A stretch of DNA of 61,436 nucleotides from Acidobacteriota bacterium (lineage in GTDB: Bacteria > Acidobacteriota > Polarisedimenticolia > Polarisedimenticolales > DASRJG01). Made by a program: the position numbers and the translations under genes. Of the stretch, positions 27,925 to 36,670 are shown piece after piece (position 1 is the first letter of the stretch; the number at the start of each line of letters is the position of its first letter). A model generated the notes under the pieces. That model saw only the letters and a list, made by a program, of their open reading frames with translations. It was not told where the DNA came from and searched no databases. The stretch is from NCBI GenBank assembly GCA_041500265.1, contig JBGQLU010000002.1, positions 1 through 61,436 on the forward strand, in the 5' to 3' direction.

Positions 27925-29825
27925 CGATGGAACTCGCGCATCAGATCGGCAAACGCGGGGTCTCCCCGGACGCTCCGCAAATCCGGGTCGGTCTGGAGGC
28001 TGTCCCAGCTCCGGTAGCCGGCGCGGATCGCCCGCCGGAGGTAATCGACGCTCCCCTTCACGTCCCCCGTGAGCGCCCGCATGCACGCGATGTCGTAGAG
28101 AAGGTCGTAGGACCCGGGGCGCGAGGACACGACCGCCTCCCAGAGGCGCGCGGCCTCCGCGGGTTCCTGGCGGTCGAACGAATGGCCGAACCAGTGGAGG
28201 GCCTCCGGAGCACACGGATAGTGCGCCACCGACTCTTCGAAGCGGGCCTTTCCCCTCGGCCGAAGCGTCCCGCCGCTGTTGTTGATCCCCCACTCGAGCG
28301 TCGCGGCAAGGTTCAGAGGATCCAGCGCGAGCGCTGCCTTGAAATGCGGGATCGCGGCGACCAGACCGCCGCGGGCCGATTCCCACCTCGCCGCCCAGAC
28401 TTCTTTCGCGATGGTCGCGCACTCGTCGCGCGGGCCGCAGTCGCGACCGGCGTCGGGAGCCTGCTCGATCTTGATGCCGCGCTTTTCCAGCAGCGGCGCG
28501 ACCGTCTCAAGTGGCACCGACCTCGTAGGGATCTTCGAACGGCCCAATACAGCCTCTTTCAAGGACGCCACCTCCGGCGCACCGGCGGCGACCGCCGTGC
28601 CATCCAGGTTGCGGCTCTCCTCCATCAGTCCGACGCCGATCCGAAGAGTGTGGCGCAAGCCGCAGGTCCACGCCTTCCAACCCATCTGGTCGAGGGGAGC
28701 GGTGGACCACGCGAAGATCGTGCGGTCCTTGGGAATCCCCGCGGCGAGGTCCACGCCCTCGGAACCAGAAAGCTCGACTCCCCCGGCGCTCGCGAGCGTG
28801 ACCGCCACGTCCGGCCCCCACGCCATTCCCGCAGGGGCCGCCTTGCGCCTCTCCGGAGCCGCCCGGTAAACGAGCGGCACCCGGACCGCGTTCTCGCTCG
28901 GCGAGAACCCCGGACCCGGGATGCGGCTCCCCTTCTCGGAGACGTCGCCATAGGTCGCGGACCAGAGGATCTCGGCGCCCTCGAGCCGGGAGAGCGACTG
29001 CAGGCCGGTCAGAAGTTGATCGAGCGCCTGGTCTGTAGTGCCGATGCGCTGGTCGAGCTCTGTCCCCTCGACGGAGGCGCCGAACAACCCCGGCACCGCG
29101 GTGCAGGGCTCGCCGAAATGCAACCAGACGAAAGCGCGGTCCGAGGGCGCCACCGACCGAAGCCAGCCGAGGGCGTGCTCCACGACCTTGCCGGCCGGGA
29201 GTGGGCGCACGAGGCGCTGGGGGGTTCCGAAGGGGATCCCTTCCGGCTCGTCCACGACCTGGAATCCGCGAACGACGCCGCTCGCCGACTCGAGAAACGG
29301 GGTCCCGGGAAACGCGGCGGTCTTGAAACCCGCCCGTTGGAGGCTCTCCGCGAGCAGCGGCGTCTTCTCGCCGAGCGGAGTGTAGATGTCGTCCACGACA
29401 CCGTGGCGATCGGCTCCCAACCCGGTGAGCATCGATGCGACCGCAGGGCGGGTCATCGGGTCCGCCGTCCAGCCTTGAAGCGCGACCCCTCCCGCCGCGA
29501 CGAGCCGGTCGAGACCGGGCGTCGCCACGGCACCGCCGTACAGCTTGAGGCGTGCGGGCGGTATCGCGTCCACCGTGACCAGGACGATGGTCGATGCGCC
29601 GCGGGACGCGACAGGGAGCGCCGCGGGAAGCGCGGCCGGGAGTGCGGCCGAGGGCGCAGTCGGGGGAGCGGCGGGGGCATTGGGCGTTGGAGCGGGCTCG
29701 GCTGACGGCGCAGTCGGGGGAGCGGCCGAGGTCGCGGCCGGACGCCCGCAAGCTGCCGCGAACGCGAGCGCCGCGACACACAAGACCCGGGTTCGCCAGT
29801 ACGTCCTCCCGACCTTCACCGTCAT
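27921..29825 (-). CDS. sulfatase-like (alkaline phosphatase superfamily) lipoprotein with Pro/Ala-rich linker and C-terminal TPR-like domain
   Basis: Start trimmed to ATG 29825, with GGAGGAAGGAG upstream. Signal plus lipobox ...ALAFAAAC, a 50-aa P/A/T/S linker, then IVLVTVDAIPPARL..., nucleophile-region DPMTRPAVASMLTGLGADRHG, and a TPR-like tail. Confidence 0.75.
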   Translation of the reverse strand: MTVKVGRTYWRTRVLCVAALAFAAACGRPAATSAAPPTAPSAEPAPTPNAPAAPPTAPSAALPAALPAALPVASRGASTIVLVTVDAIPPARLKLYGGAVATPGLDRLVAAGGVALQGWTADPMTRPAVASMLTGLGADRHGVVDDIYTPLGEKTPLLAESLQRAGFKTAAFPGTPFLESASGVVRGFQVVDEPEGIPFGTPQRLVRPLPAGKVVEHALGWLRSVAPSDRAFVWLHFGEPCTAVPGLFGASVEGTELDQRIGTTDQALDQLLTGLQSLSRLEGAEILWSATYGDVSEKGSRIPGPGFSPSENAVRVPLVYRAAPERRKAAPAGMAWGPDVAVTLASAGGVELSGSEGVDLAAGIPKDRTIFAWSTAPLDQMGWKAWTCGLRHTLRIGVGLMEESRNLDGTAVAAGAPEVASLKEAVLGRSKIPTRSVPLETVAPLLEKRGIKIEQAPDAGRDCGPRDECATIAKEVWAARWESARGGLVAAIPHFKAALALDPLNLAATLEWGINNSGGTLRPRGKARFEESVAHYPCAPEALHWFGHSFDRQEPAEAARLWEAVVSSRPGSYDLLYDIACMRALTGDVKGSVDYLRRAIRAGYRSWDSLQTDPDLRSVRGDPAFADLMREFHR

Positions 29826-29873
29826 GGACGACTCCTTCCTCCGAATTACATCCAGAAGACCCCAAAATGTATC

Positions 29874-31871
29874 ATGCGCGATCTCGCCCGCCAGCGACGC
29901 GGGAGGGCGGAGGACGGCGCTGTGCGCTCGAATGGAGGCGCCCTCGGGGGAGCCCTGCTGATCGTCGCGGTGACGCTTTTCGCGTACGCCCCCGCGCTGC
30001 GCGCCGGGTTCAACTGGGACGACGCCCGGTACGTCACCCAGAATCCGATGCTCGAGGACGCGCACGGCCTGTGGCGGATCTGGTTCGACAGTTCCGCGAC
30101 CGTTCAGTACTACCCGCTGACCCACACCACGTTCTGGCTGGAACGGCACCTGTGGGGGCTTCGCCCCTTCGGCTTCCACCTCGTCAACGTCCTCCTCCAT
30201 GCCGGCTCGGCGATCCTGTTCGCCTCGATCCTGCGAACGCTGCGCGTGCCGGGCGCGTGGCTCGCGGCGGGGATCTTCGCCTTGCACCCCGTGCACGTCG
30301 AATCGGTGGCCTGGGTGACCGAGCGCAAGAACGTCCTGTCCGGCATCCTCGCCTTAGGCGCCGCCCTGGTCTACCTCCGCTCCGCGCGGCTCGACGCCGA
30401 GGCGGAAGAGCGATCCGGCTCGCTTGGCGTCCTGTCGATGATCCTCTTCTGCGGTGCTCTCTTCGCCAAGACGGTGGCCGCGACGCTTCCGGTCAGCCTC
30501 GCCCTCGTCCTCTACTGGAAGCGAGGCCGATGGGAGCTGCGCGACCGCGTCTATCTCCCCGCCATGGTGGCCTGCGCCGCGATGCTGGCGCCCTTGACCG
30601 CGTGGCTCGAGAGGCACCAGGTGGGGGCCCAGGGTCCCGAGTGGAACCTACCCCCGGCGGAGCGCGTCGTGATCGCGGGCCGGGCCTTCTGGTTCTACCT
30701 CGGGAAGCTCGCGTGGCCCCATCCGCTGATCTTCACCTACCCGCGCTGGACCGTGAACGCGGGGTCGGCGGCATCGTACGCGGCGCCGGCCGCGGTCCTC
30801 GCCCTGCTCGCGGGACTCTGGCTGCTCCGCCGACGCCTCACGACAGGTCCGTTCGTCGCCGCCGCGTACTTCCTCCTCACGCTGTTCCCCGCGCTCGGCT
30901 TCGCGAACGTCTTCCCGATGCGTTACTCCTTCGTCGCCGACCACTTCCAGTACCTCGCGAGCCTCGGACCGATCGCGGTCGCCGCGGCGGGGGCCGTCGC
31001 CGGATGGGCCGCGCTCGCGAGGAGAGCGCCGGGGGGCGCGGCCCGGCGCGCCGGCGCCGTCGCGGCGGGGCTCCTCTTGGCCATTCTCGGAACGCTCACA
31101 TGGAGCCGCGCCCACGCGTTCCGGGACGAGGAGACGCTCTGGCGCGACACGCTGGCGAAGAACCCCGACGCCTTCATGGCCCACAACAATCTGGCCCTCA
31201 TCGCCGTGCGGAGCGGCGATCTGACCACGGCCGCGGAGCATTTCGAGCGTTCGCTCCGCCTCAAGCCCGACTACGCCTCCGCGCTCAATCTCGGCATCGT
31301 GCTCGCGCGCCAAGGGCAAGACGAGAGGGCGATCGCGATGTACCGCGAGTCGCTGCGCGAGAAGCCGGACGAGATCGGCACCCACCTTCTGCTCGGCGAG
31401 GCGCTCCTCGAGAAGGGGGAGCGCGACGAGGCGCGTACCCACTTCGAGGCGGCGGTGCGCCTCGGACCGCAAGACGCCGGGGCGCTGAACGCGCTCGGGA
31501 GCTTTCTGCTGGAATCGGGGCGGGTCCGCGAAGCCACCGCGCTCTACGTGCGCGCGGTCGCGGCACTCCCCGACAGCCCCGTCGCCCGGCTGAATCTCGG
31601 GATCGCGCTGGCGCGCGACGGACGGGACGACGAGGCCCTCGCCCAGCTCCGAGCGGCCATGAGCCTCGCCCCCGCCGACCCCGACGTGCGTTACAACCTC
31701 GGCGCCCTTTTCGTCCGCACGGGGCACGCCGTGGAGGGTCGCGAGCAACTCTCGGAGGCCGTTCGCCTTCGGCCCGATTTCCCCGAAGCGGTGCAGGCGC
31801 TCGAGCTCAGCCGCCGGCGCCGTCCACGAACGTGCGGAGCTTCTCGTAAACGTCGAGCGAGACCAAGTTGA
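29874..31871 (+). CDS. TMTC-like polytopic membrane protein with C-terminal TPR repeats (putative protein O-mannosyltransferase-type GT-C)
   Basis: FAYAPALRAGFNWDDARYVTQNPML motif in the first loop, about 10 TM segments, then clear TPRs (AHNNLALIAVRSGDLTTAAEHFERSLRLKPDYASALNLGIVLARQG...). Alternative start GTG 29922 has GGAGGA 7 nt upstream and may be the true start. Confidence 0.7.
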   Translation: MRDLARQRRGRAEDGAVRSNGGALGGALLIVAVTLFAYAPALRAGFNWDDARYVTQNPMLEDAHGLWRIWFDSSATVQYYPLTHTTFWLERHLWGLRPFGFHLVNVLLHAGSAILFASILRTLRVPGAWLAAGIFALHPVHVESVAWVTERKNVLSGILALGAALVYLRSARLDAEAEERSGSLGVLSMILFCGALFAKTVAATLPVSLALVLYWKRGRWELRDRVYLPAMVACAAMLAPLTAWLERHQVGAQGPEWNLPPAERVVIAGRAFWFYLGKLAWPHPLIFTYPRWTVNAGSAASYAAPAAVLALLAGLWLLRRRLTTGPFVAAAYFLLTLFPALGFANVFPMRYSFVADHFQYLASLGPIAVAAAGAVAGWAALARRAPGGAARRAGAVAAGLLLAILGTLTWSRAHAFRDEETLWRDTLAKNPDAFMAHNNLALIAVRSGDLTTAAEHFERSLRLKPDYASALNLGIVLARQGQDERAIAMYRESLREKPDEIGTHLLLGEALLEKGERDEARTHFEAAVRLGPQDAGALNALGSFLLESGRVREATALYVRAVAALPDSPVARLNLGIALARDGRDDEALAQLRAAMSLAPADPDVRYNLGALFVRTGHAVEGREQLSEAVRLRPDFPEAVQALELSRRRRPRTCGASRKRRARPS

Positions 31872-32985
31872 CCAGGATCGACGACCAGACGTAGGCGTAG
31901 GTCGCGGGCAAGCAGAGCAAGAGCGCCCACTTCGCCTCACGGCGCGACCAGAGCTCACCGAACGGAATCACGAGCAGAAACGGATACACGGGAACCATGA
32001 AACGACCCTGATCGGGGAGCGTGGTGAAGACGTTCGGAAGCGCGAGAAGCGCCGAGACGAAGAAGGCGTCCTTGTGGCCGTTCCGCCACAGCCAGACCAG
32101 GCCATACGCCAGGGCGAGGTAGAGGAGAACGGTGCCGTACCCCTCGGAGGCTTCGTGATGCAGGCCCGCGTCGAAGATCCCGCGGAACGGCACCCAGGAC
32201 ATCTTGTCGGCGTTCTCGCTGAAATACGCCCAGAAGTTCCCCAGCCTCGCGGACAAGACGAGGAAGTGCAGCCCGAGGAAGATCGGGATCGGGAGGAACG
32301 ACGCGGTCACGCGGAGGAGACTCGTCAGGCTCCGGCGGGTGACGAGCTGCCGCGGGCTCCACCCGGAGATCTCTCCCAACCGGGTGAGCTCCGCCAGGAG
32401 AAACGCGGGAAACAGCAGCACGCCGTAGATCCGGGTGATCGAGGCGAGCCCACCGAAGAGGCCGGCGAGAGCGAGGGAGCGCTTCCGATAGAAATAGAAC
32501 GCGCACAGGATGAACAGGAGAAACGGCGGCTCGCTCGCGCCCACGCTGTGGTAGATCACCCATCGCGGCGGGAAGAAGACGAAGGCGGCCGTGCACCACA
32601 GCGGGTCGCCCACGAGACGGAACTCGTCGAGAAGGCGATAGAGCACGGAAAAGCAGAGGCAGGAGAAGACGAACGTCACGACCAGCATGGCGTCGAAGTA
32701 TCCGAAGATCGGCGACAGCAGGCGGATGGAAAGCGGGGTAACGGGGAGGATCACGCGAATGCCGTACGTCGCGCCGAACGCCGCGAAGACGCCGCACGCC
32801 GGGTCGTAGAGGCTCCGCGCGACGGCGACGTACACCGGCCCATCCCAGAAGCGTTGGATCAGCGACAGTCCCGCCGCCGGCTCGCCTCCCCAGGGAACGA
32901 GGCCGACGGCGTAGGTCGCCAGCGTCGAGAGGAGATTGAGGAGAATCAAGAGGGCGTGCGGCCGCAGGGCTCTCGACGTGTTCAC
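31807..32985 (-). CDS. polytopic membrane protein, possibly PIG-V/GT-C-like mannosyltransferase
   Basis: 392 aa, about 10 TM segments, first-loop motif IQRFWDGPVYVAVARSLYDP. GTG start. The 3' end overlaps the convergent TMTC-like gene by 65 bp. Family call is weak. Confidence 0.55.
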   Translation of the reverse strand: MNTSRALRPHALLILLNLLSTLATYAVGLVPWGGEPAAGLSLIQRFWDGPVYVAVARSLYDPACGVFAAFGATYGIRVILPVTPLSIRLLSPIFGYFDAMLVVTFVFSCLCFSVLYRLLDEFRLVGDPLWCTAAFVFFPPRWVIYHSVGASEPPFLLFILCAFYFYRKRSLALAGLFGGLASITRIYGVLLFPAFLLAELTRLGEISGWSPRQLVTRRSLTSLLRVTASFLPIPIFLGLHFLVLSARLGNFWAYFSENADKMSWVPFRGIFDAGLHHEASEGYGTVLLYLALAYGLVWLWRNGHKDAFFVSALLALPNVFTTLPDQGRFMVPVYPFLLVIPFGELWSRREAKWALLLCLPATYAYVWSSILVNLVSLDVYEKLRTFVDGAGG

Positions 32986-33107
32986 TCGGCCACACCTTTT
33001 CGTCGCTCGGGCTTCCCGAGGCGCGGCGAGCCTAGTCCGGCGCGCGGGGGACCGTCAACAGGGCACGGCGTCGCGTTTCCGCCGGCGACGGGGTACGATC
33101 GGCCGAC

Positions 33108-34697
33108 GTGAACGGCGGCGAGGACTCACGAGGTACGGCACGGCGGCCGCAGATCCTCTACCGCCTTCTATTCGCGCTCCTCTGCGCCGCGTTCGTCCTC
33201 CATGCGCTCCGGCACGCCTTCCTCATCGACGACGCGTACATCTCGTTCCACTACGCGCGCAACCTGGTCGAGGGGGCGGGGCTGGTCTTGAACCCCGGCG
33301 AGCGCGTGGAGGGTTACTCGAATTTCCTCTGGGTCCTCCTGCTCGCCGCCGGGATGAAGTGCGGTGTCGCGCCGGAGACGCTCTCGCGAGCGCTCGGGAT
33401 GCTGGCGGGGCTCGCGCTCCTCGAAGTGACGAGGCGGCTCGCGCTGCGGCTGCTCCCGGAGGAACCTCTCTCGCGATGGCTGGCGCTCCTTGCGGTCGCG
33501 ATGCTGGTGGCCAGCCGCACCGTCGCCGCGTGGTGCACGGGAGGATTGGAGACGCGCCTCTACACCGTCCTCATCGCCGCCGGACTGCTCCTGCTCGCGA
33601 GGGAGATCTCGACGGAGTCCGGCGTGTTTCCCTGGAGCGCCCCCGTCCTCGGCCTGGCGCTCCTCACGCGCACGGACGGATTCCTCCTGGTCGGCATCCT
33701 GGCGGCCGGGCTGCTGCTGTTCCGCAAGGGGAAGGTCGGCCGCCACGGCACGCTCTTCTTCGGAATCCTCGCGCTGACGATCGGCGCGCAGCTGGCGTTC
33801 CGGCGCGCTTACTACGGGGAATGGCTGGCCAACACCTACTACGCCAAGGTTCCCGGCCTGGCCTTGCGATCCGGATTCCGGTACCTGGCGCTCGCCGCCG
33901 GCTCCTACGGCCTGTACCTCTCGATCCCCCTCGCCCTGCTCGCGCTCGAGCGCCCGTCGAAGCGCCGGTCGGTGGCGTGGCTCGGGTGCGCCCTGCTCCT
34001 CGGTCACCTGGCCTACGTGGCCTCGGTCGGTGGGGACCATTTCGAGCTCCGCTTCGTGGACGTCGTCTGGCCGTTGACGGCCGCTCTCTCGATCGCCGGC
34101 GCTCGGCGGATTCCACGCCTCCTCCCGGCTCGAGCCGGGAGCGCGCTCGCAACCGCGCTCGCCGGATGTCTCGTTCTCTGGAACTTGGTCCCGGCGTTCC
34201 GAGGGTTCGCCTCCACCGAGGCGACCTTCGCGATCGAGCTCGAATCGAGCCTGTGCATCGCGTGGTCCGAGGTCGGGCGCTACTTCCGGGACCACGCCGC
34301 CCCCGACGAGGTGATCGCCTTGCGCCCCGCCGGCGTCATCCCCTACGTGAGCCGCCTGCGGATCCTCGACATGGAAGGGCTCTCGGACAAGATCGTCGCG
34401 CGGCGGCCTCCCGCGCCTGGATGGGACACGCCGGGCTGGGGGAGAATCGCGAACTGGGAGGATGTGCTCATCCGCGCGCGCGCGACCTACTACGTCCAGC
34501 ATCCCGACCTGAGGACGGGACCGGCCACCGAGCCCGAGCCGCCGGCCATCGTGGAGGTCGAGGGGCGGCGGTTCGCGCTCTGCCCGGTGCGCGTGCCGCT
34601 CCGGGGGTTCTGGCTGCGGTTCTTCGTCATCTCGGAGGAGGCCGTGGTCGGAGACCGCATCGACGCGTCACGCATCCGCAGCCGAATCCGCCCGTGA
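33108..34697 (+). CDS. GT-C-like membrane glycosyltransferase, DDA[YF]I-motif family (paralog 1)
   Basis: 529 aa. N-terminal TM followed by FLIDDAYISFHYARNLVEGAGLVLNPGERVEGYSNFLWVLLLAAG, about 10 TM segments and a soluble C-terminal domain. GTG start. Confidence 0.7.
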   Translation: MNGGEDSRGTARRPQILYRLLFALLCAAFVLHALRHAFLIDDAYISFHYARNLVEGAGLVLNPGERVEGYSNFLWVLLLAAGMKCGVAPETLSRALGMLAGLALLEVTRRLALRLLPEEPLSRWLALLAVAMLVASRTVAAWCTGGLETRLYTVLIAAGLLLLAREISTESGVFPWSAPVLGLALLTRTDGFLLVGILAAGLLLFRKGKVGRHGTLFFGILALTIGAQLAFRRAYYGEWLANTYYAKVPGLALRSGFRYLALAAGSYGLYLSIPLALLALERPSKRRSVAWLGCALLLGHLAYVASVGGDHFELRFVDVVWPLTAALSIAGARRIPRLLPARAGSALATALAGCLVLWNLVPAFRGFASTEATFAIELESSLCIAWSEVGRYFRDHAAPDEVIALRPAGVIPYVSRLRILDMEGLSDKIVARRPPAPGWDTPGWGRIANWEDVLIRARATYYVQHPDLRTGPATEPEPPAIVEVEGRRFALCPVRVPLRGFWLRFFVISEEAVVGDRIDASRIRSRIRP

Positions 34698-36670
34698 GCG
34701 GCGGCGGATCCGAAGCGGTGGGCGCGGCCACGCCGAGGCGCGCCGGGTGGCGCCTCCTCGTCGGCGCGGCGCTCCTGTTGCCGGCGCTGTGGCACGCGGG
34801 CGCGATCGCGAGGATCTTCCTCTCCCGCGCGGCCTATCCGATGGACATCGAATGGCTGGAGGGCGGAGAGCTCTACCAGGCGTACCGGTGGGACCACGGG
34901 CTCAGCCTGTACGGTCCCCCCGATCAGGGGTACCTCCCCTACACCCATCCGCCGCTCCACTTCGTCGCGCTCTCGCTGGCCGGCCGCGTGGCCGGGCTCG
35001 ACTACGCCACGGGTCGCGCGCTCTCCGCGTTCTTCTTCGCCCTCGCCTGCGCCGCGGTCGCCGCCGCGGTCTGGCGCGCGTGCACGAGCCCGGCCGAGCG
35101 GCTGACGGCGCCGGCCTTCGCGGTGGCGATGGCGATGGCGAGCTTCCCCGTCGCCGGGGGCATCTACGATCTGATCCGGAACGACACTTTGGCCCTGGGG
35201 CTCGTGCTCCTCGCCGCCGTCCTGGTGGGAGACGGCAGGACCTCGACGACGCGGATCGTGCTCGCGGCGGCGGTCTTGACCGCGGAGGGGTTCACCCGCC
35301 TCCCTTACCTCGCAATGGGCGTCGCGCTCGGCGTCTTCGTTCTGGCGCGGAGCCGGCGGAACGGACTCCTGCTCGGAGGGTGCACCGCTCTCGCCGGGGG
35401 CGCCGCGCTCGGCGGGCTCCAGCTCGCCACCGGAGGCTGGTTCTGGTGGTACTCGGTGACTGTCCTCTCCGGGCATCCCCTCGTCGCGAAGCGGTTCCTC
35501 GACGGCCTCCGCGCGGTGCTGGACTTCGCCCCGTTCCTCGTGGCACTCCCGTTCGTCCTCGGGATGCCGGCCTTCCGGCGGCGCCTATCGCCTCGAACCG
35601 TGTTGTGGTGCGCGCTCCTCGGCGCCGCGCTCCCGGCGGGGCTCCTCCCCTACGCCAAGCTCGGAGGGTTCGACAACGATCTGATCCCGATCGTCTTCCT
35701 CGCGGGTCCGGTGGCGGTGCTCGTCGTCCTGGATCTCTTGCGCGGGGCACCGGGGGCTCCGGGCCCGCCGGGATGGGTTCGCTGGTCGGCGGTCGTGGCC
35801 GCCTCCGCGTTCCTCGCCTGGCGCACGTACGATCCCGCGCGGTTCATCCCCGACGCCTCGCGGTGGGCGCGGGCGGAGCGGCTGAACTCTTTCGTGGCGG
35901 GACTGCGCGGAGGCGTCATCATCCCGAACCACCCGTTCCTCCCGATCCGGAACGGCCAGACGGGGCCGCAGCTCCACACGATGCCCTACCTCGACGTGAT
36001 CGGCCGCGGGCTGGGTGAGGCGATCTACCCGTACATCGAGACGTCGAACGCGGCCTGGGCGATCTTGGACGGCGGCGAGCCCCTGGTTCGAGAGACGGTG
36101 TTGAGCTTGTACGACTTCGTCGGCACGCTCCCCGATCCCGTCTCGACGATGGTCGGCTTCCCGTCGTCGCCCAGCCTGCTCTTCAAGCGGCGCGAGCCGC
36201 TCCGGAAGTCGGCGGTGCGGGTCCTCTTCGACTTCGAGTCGGCGTCCTACGAAGGCTGGACGGCGACTGGCGACGCCTTCGGCTCCTCTCCGACCGCCGG
36301 CCGGCCTCCCGACCAGGGGGTCATCCTCGGTTACCGCGGGCGTGGGCTTGCGAACTCCTTCTCCCGAGCGTCGGGTGATGCGGCGACCGGGACGTTGACC
36401 TCCCCGCTCTTCACCATCGACCGCAGGAGTCTCGCCCTGCTGGTGGGCGGAGGGACGCGCGCGGCGACGAGGGTCGAGCTCCGCGTGGACGGCCGGCCCG
36501 TTCGAGAAGCCTCCGGTCCGGGCGGGGACGTCATGGTTGGAACGGTGTGGGACGTGTCGACATTTCGCGGACGGCAAGGGCAAATCGCGATCGTGGACGA
36601 GGACACGGGGCCGTGGGGGCACGTCCTCGCCGACCAGATCGAGCTGTTCGATCCGCCGGGCGCTCCTTGA
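34694..36670 (+). CDS. polytopic membrane protein (GT-C-like) with C-terminal LamG/concanavalin-like beta-sandwich module
   Basis: Start set at GTG 34694, a GTGA overlap with the upstream stop. Multi-TM N-terminal two thirds. C-terminal FDFESASYEGWTATGDAFGSSP...TGTLTSPLFTI...LLVGGG...VELRVDG...VWDVSTFRGRQGQIAIVDEDTGPWGHVLADQIELFD. Confidence 0.7.
   Translation: MSGGGSEAVGAATPRRAGWRLLVGAALLLPALWHAGAIARIFLSRAAYPMDIEWLEGGELYQAYRWDHGLSLYGPPDQGYLPYTHPPLHFVALSLAGRVAGLDYATGRALSAFFFALACAAVAAAVWRACTSPAERLTAPAFAVAMAMASFPVAGGIYDLIRNDTLALGLVLLAAVLVGDGRTSTTRIVLAAAVLTAEGFTRLPYLAMGVALGVFVLARSRRNGLLLGGCTALAGGAALGGLQLATGGWFWWYSVTVLSGHPLVAKRFLDGLRAVLDFAPFLVALPFVLGMPAFRRRLSPRTVLWCALLGAALPAGLLPYAKLGGFDNDLIPIVFLAGPVAVLVVLDLLRGAPGAPGPPGWVRWSAVVAASAFLAWRTYDPARFIPDASRWARAERLNSFVAGLRGGVIIPNHPFLPIRNGQTGPQLHTMPYLDVIGRGLGEAIYPYIETSNAAWAILDGGEPLVRETVLSLYDFVGTLPDPVSTMVGFPSSPSLLFKRREPLRKSAVRVLFDFESASYEGWTATGDAFGSSPTAGRPPDQGVILGYRGRGLANSFSRASGDAATGTLTSPLFTIDRRSLALLVGGGTRAATRVELRVDGRPVREASGPGGDVMVGTVWDVSTFRGRQGQIAIVDEDTGPWGHVLADQIELFDPPGAP

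Noticed and set aside
30471-30483. A 13-nt exact match (ACGGTGGCCGCGA) to the MITE-like TIR, inside the TMTC-like gene.
   Set aside because: It has no inverted partner or flanking duplication nearby. It encodes an ordinary ...TVAAT... membrane segment in frame. It is most likely a GC-rich coincidence, though a genome-wide TIR search would settle it.
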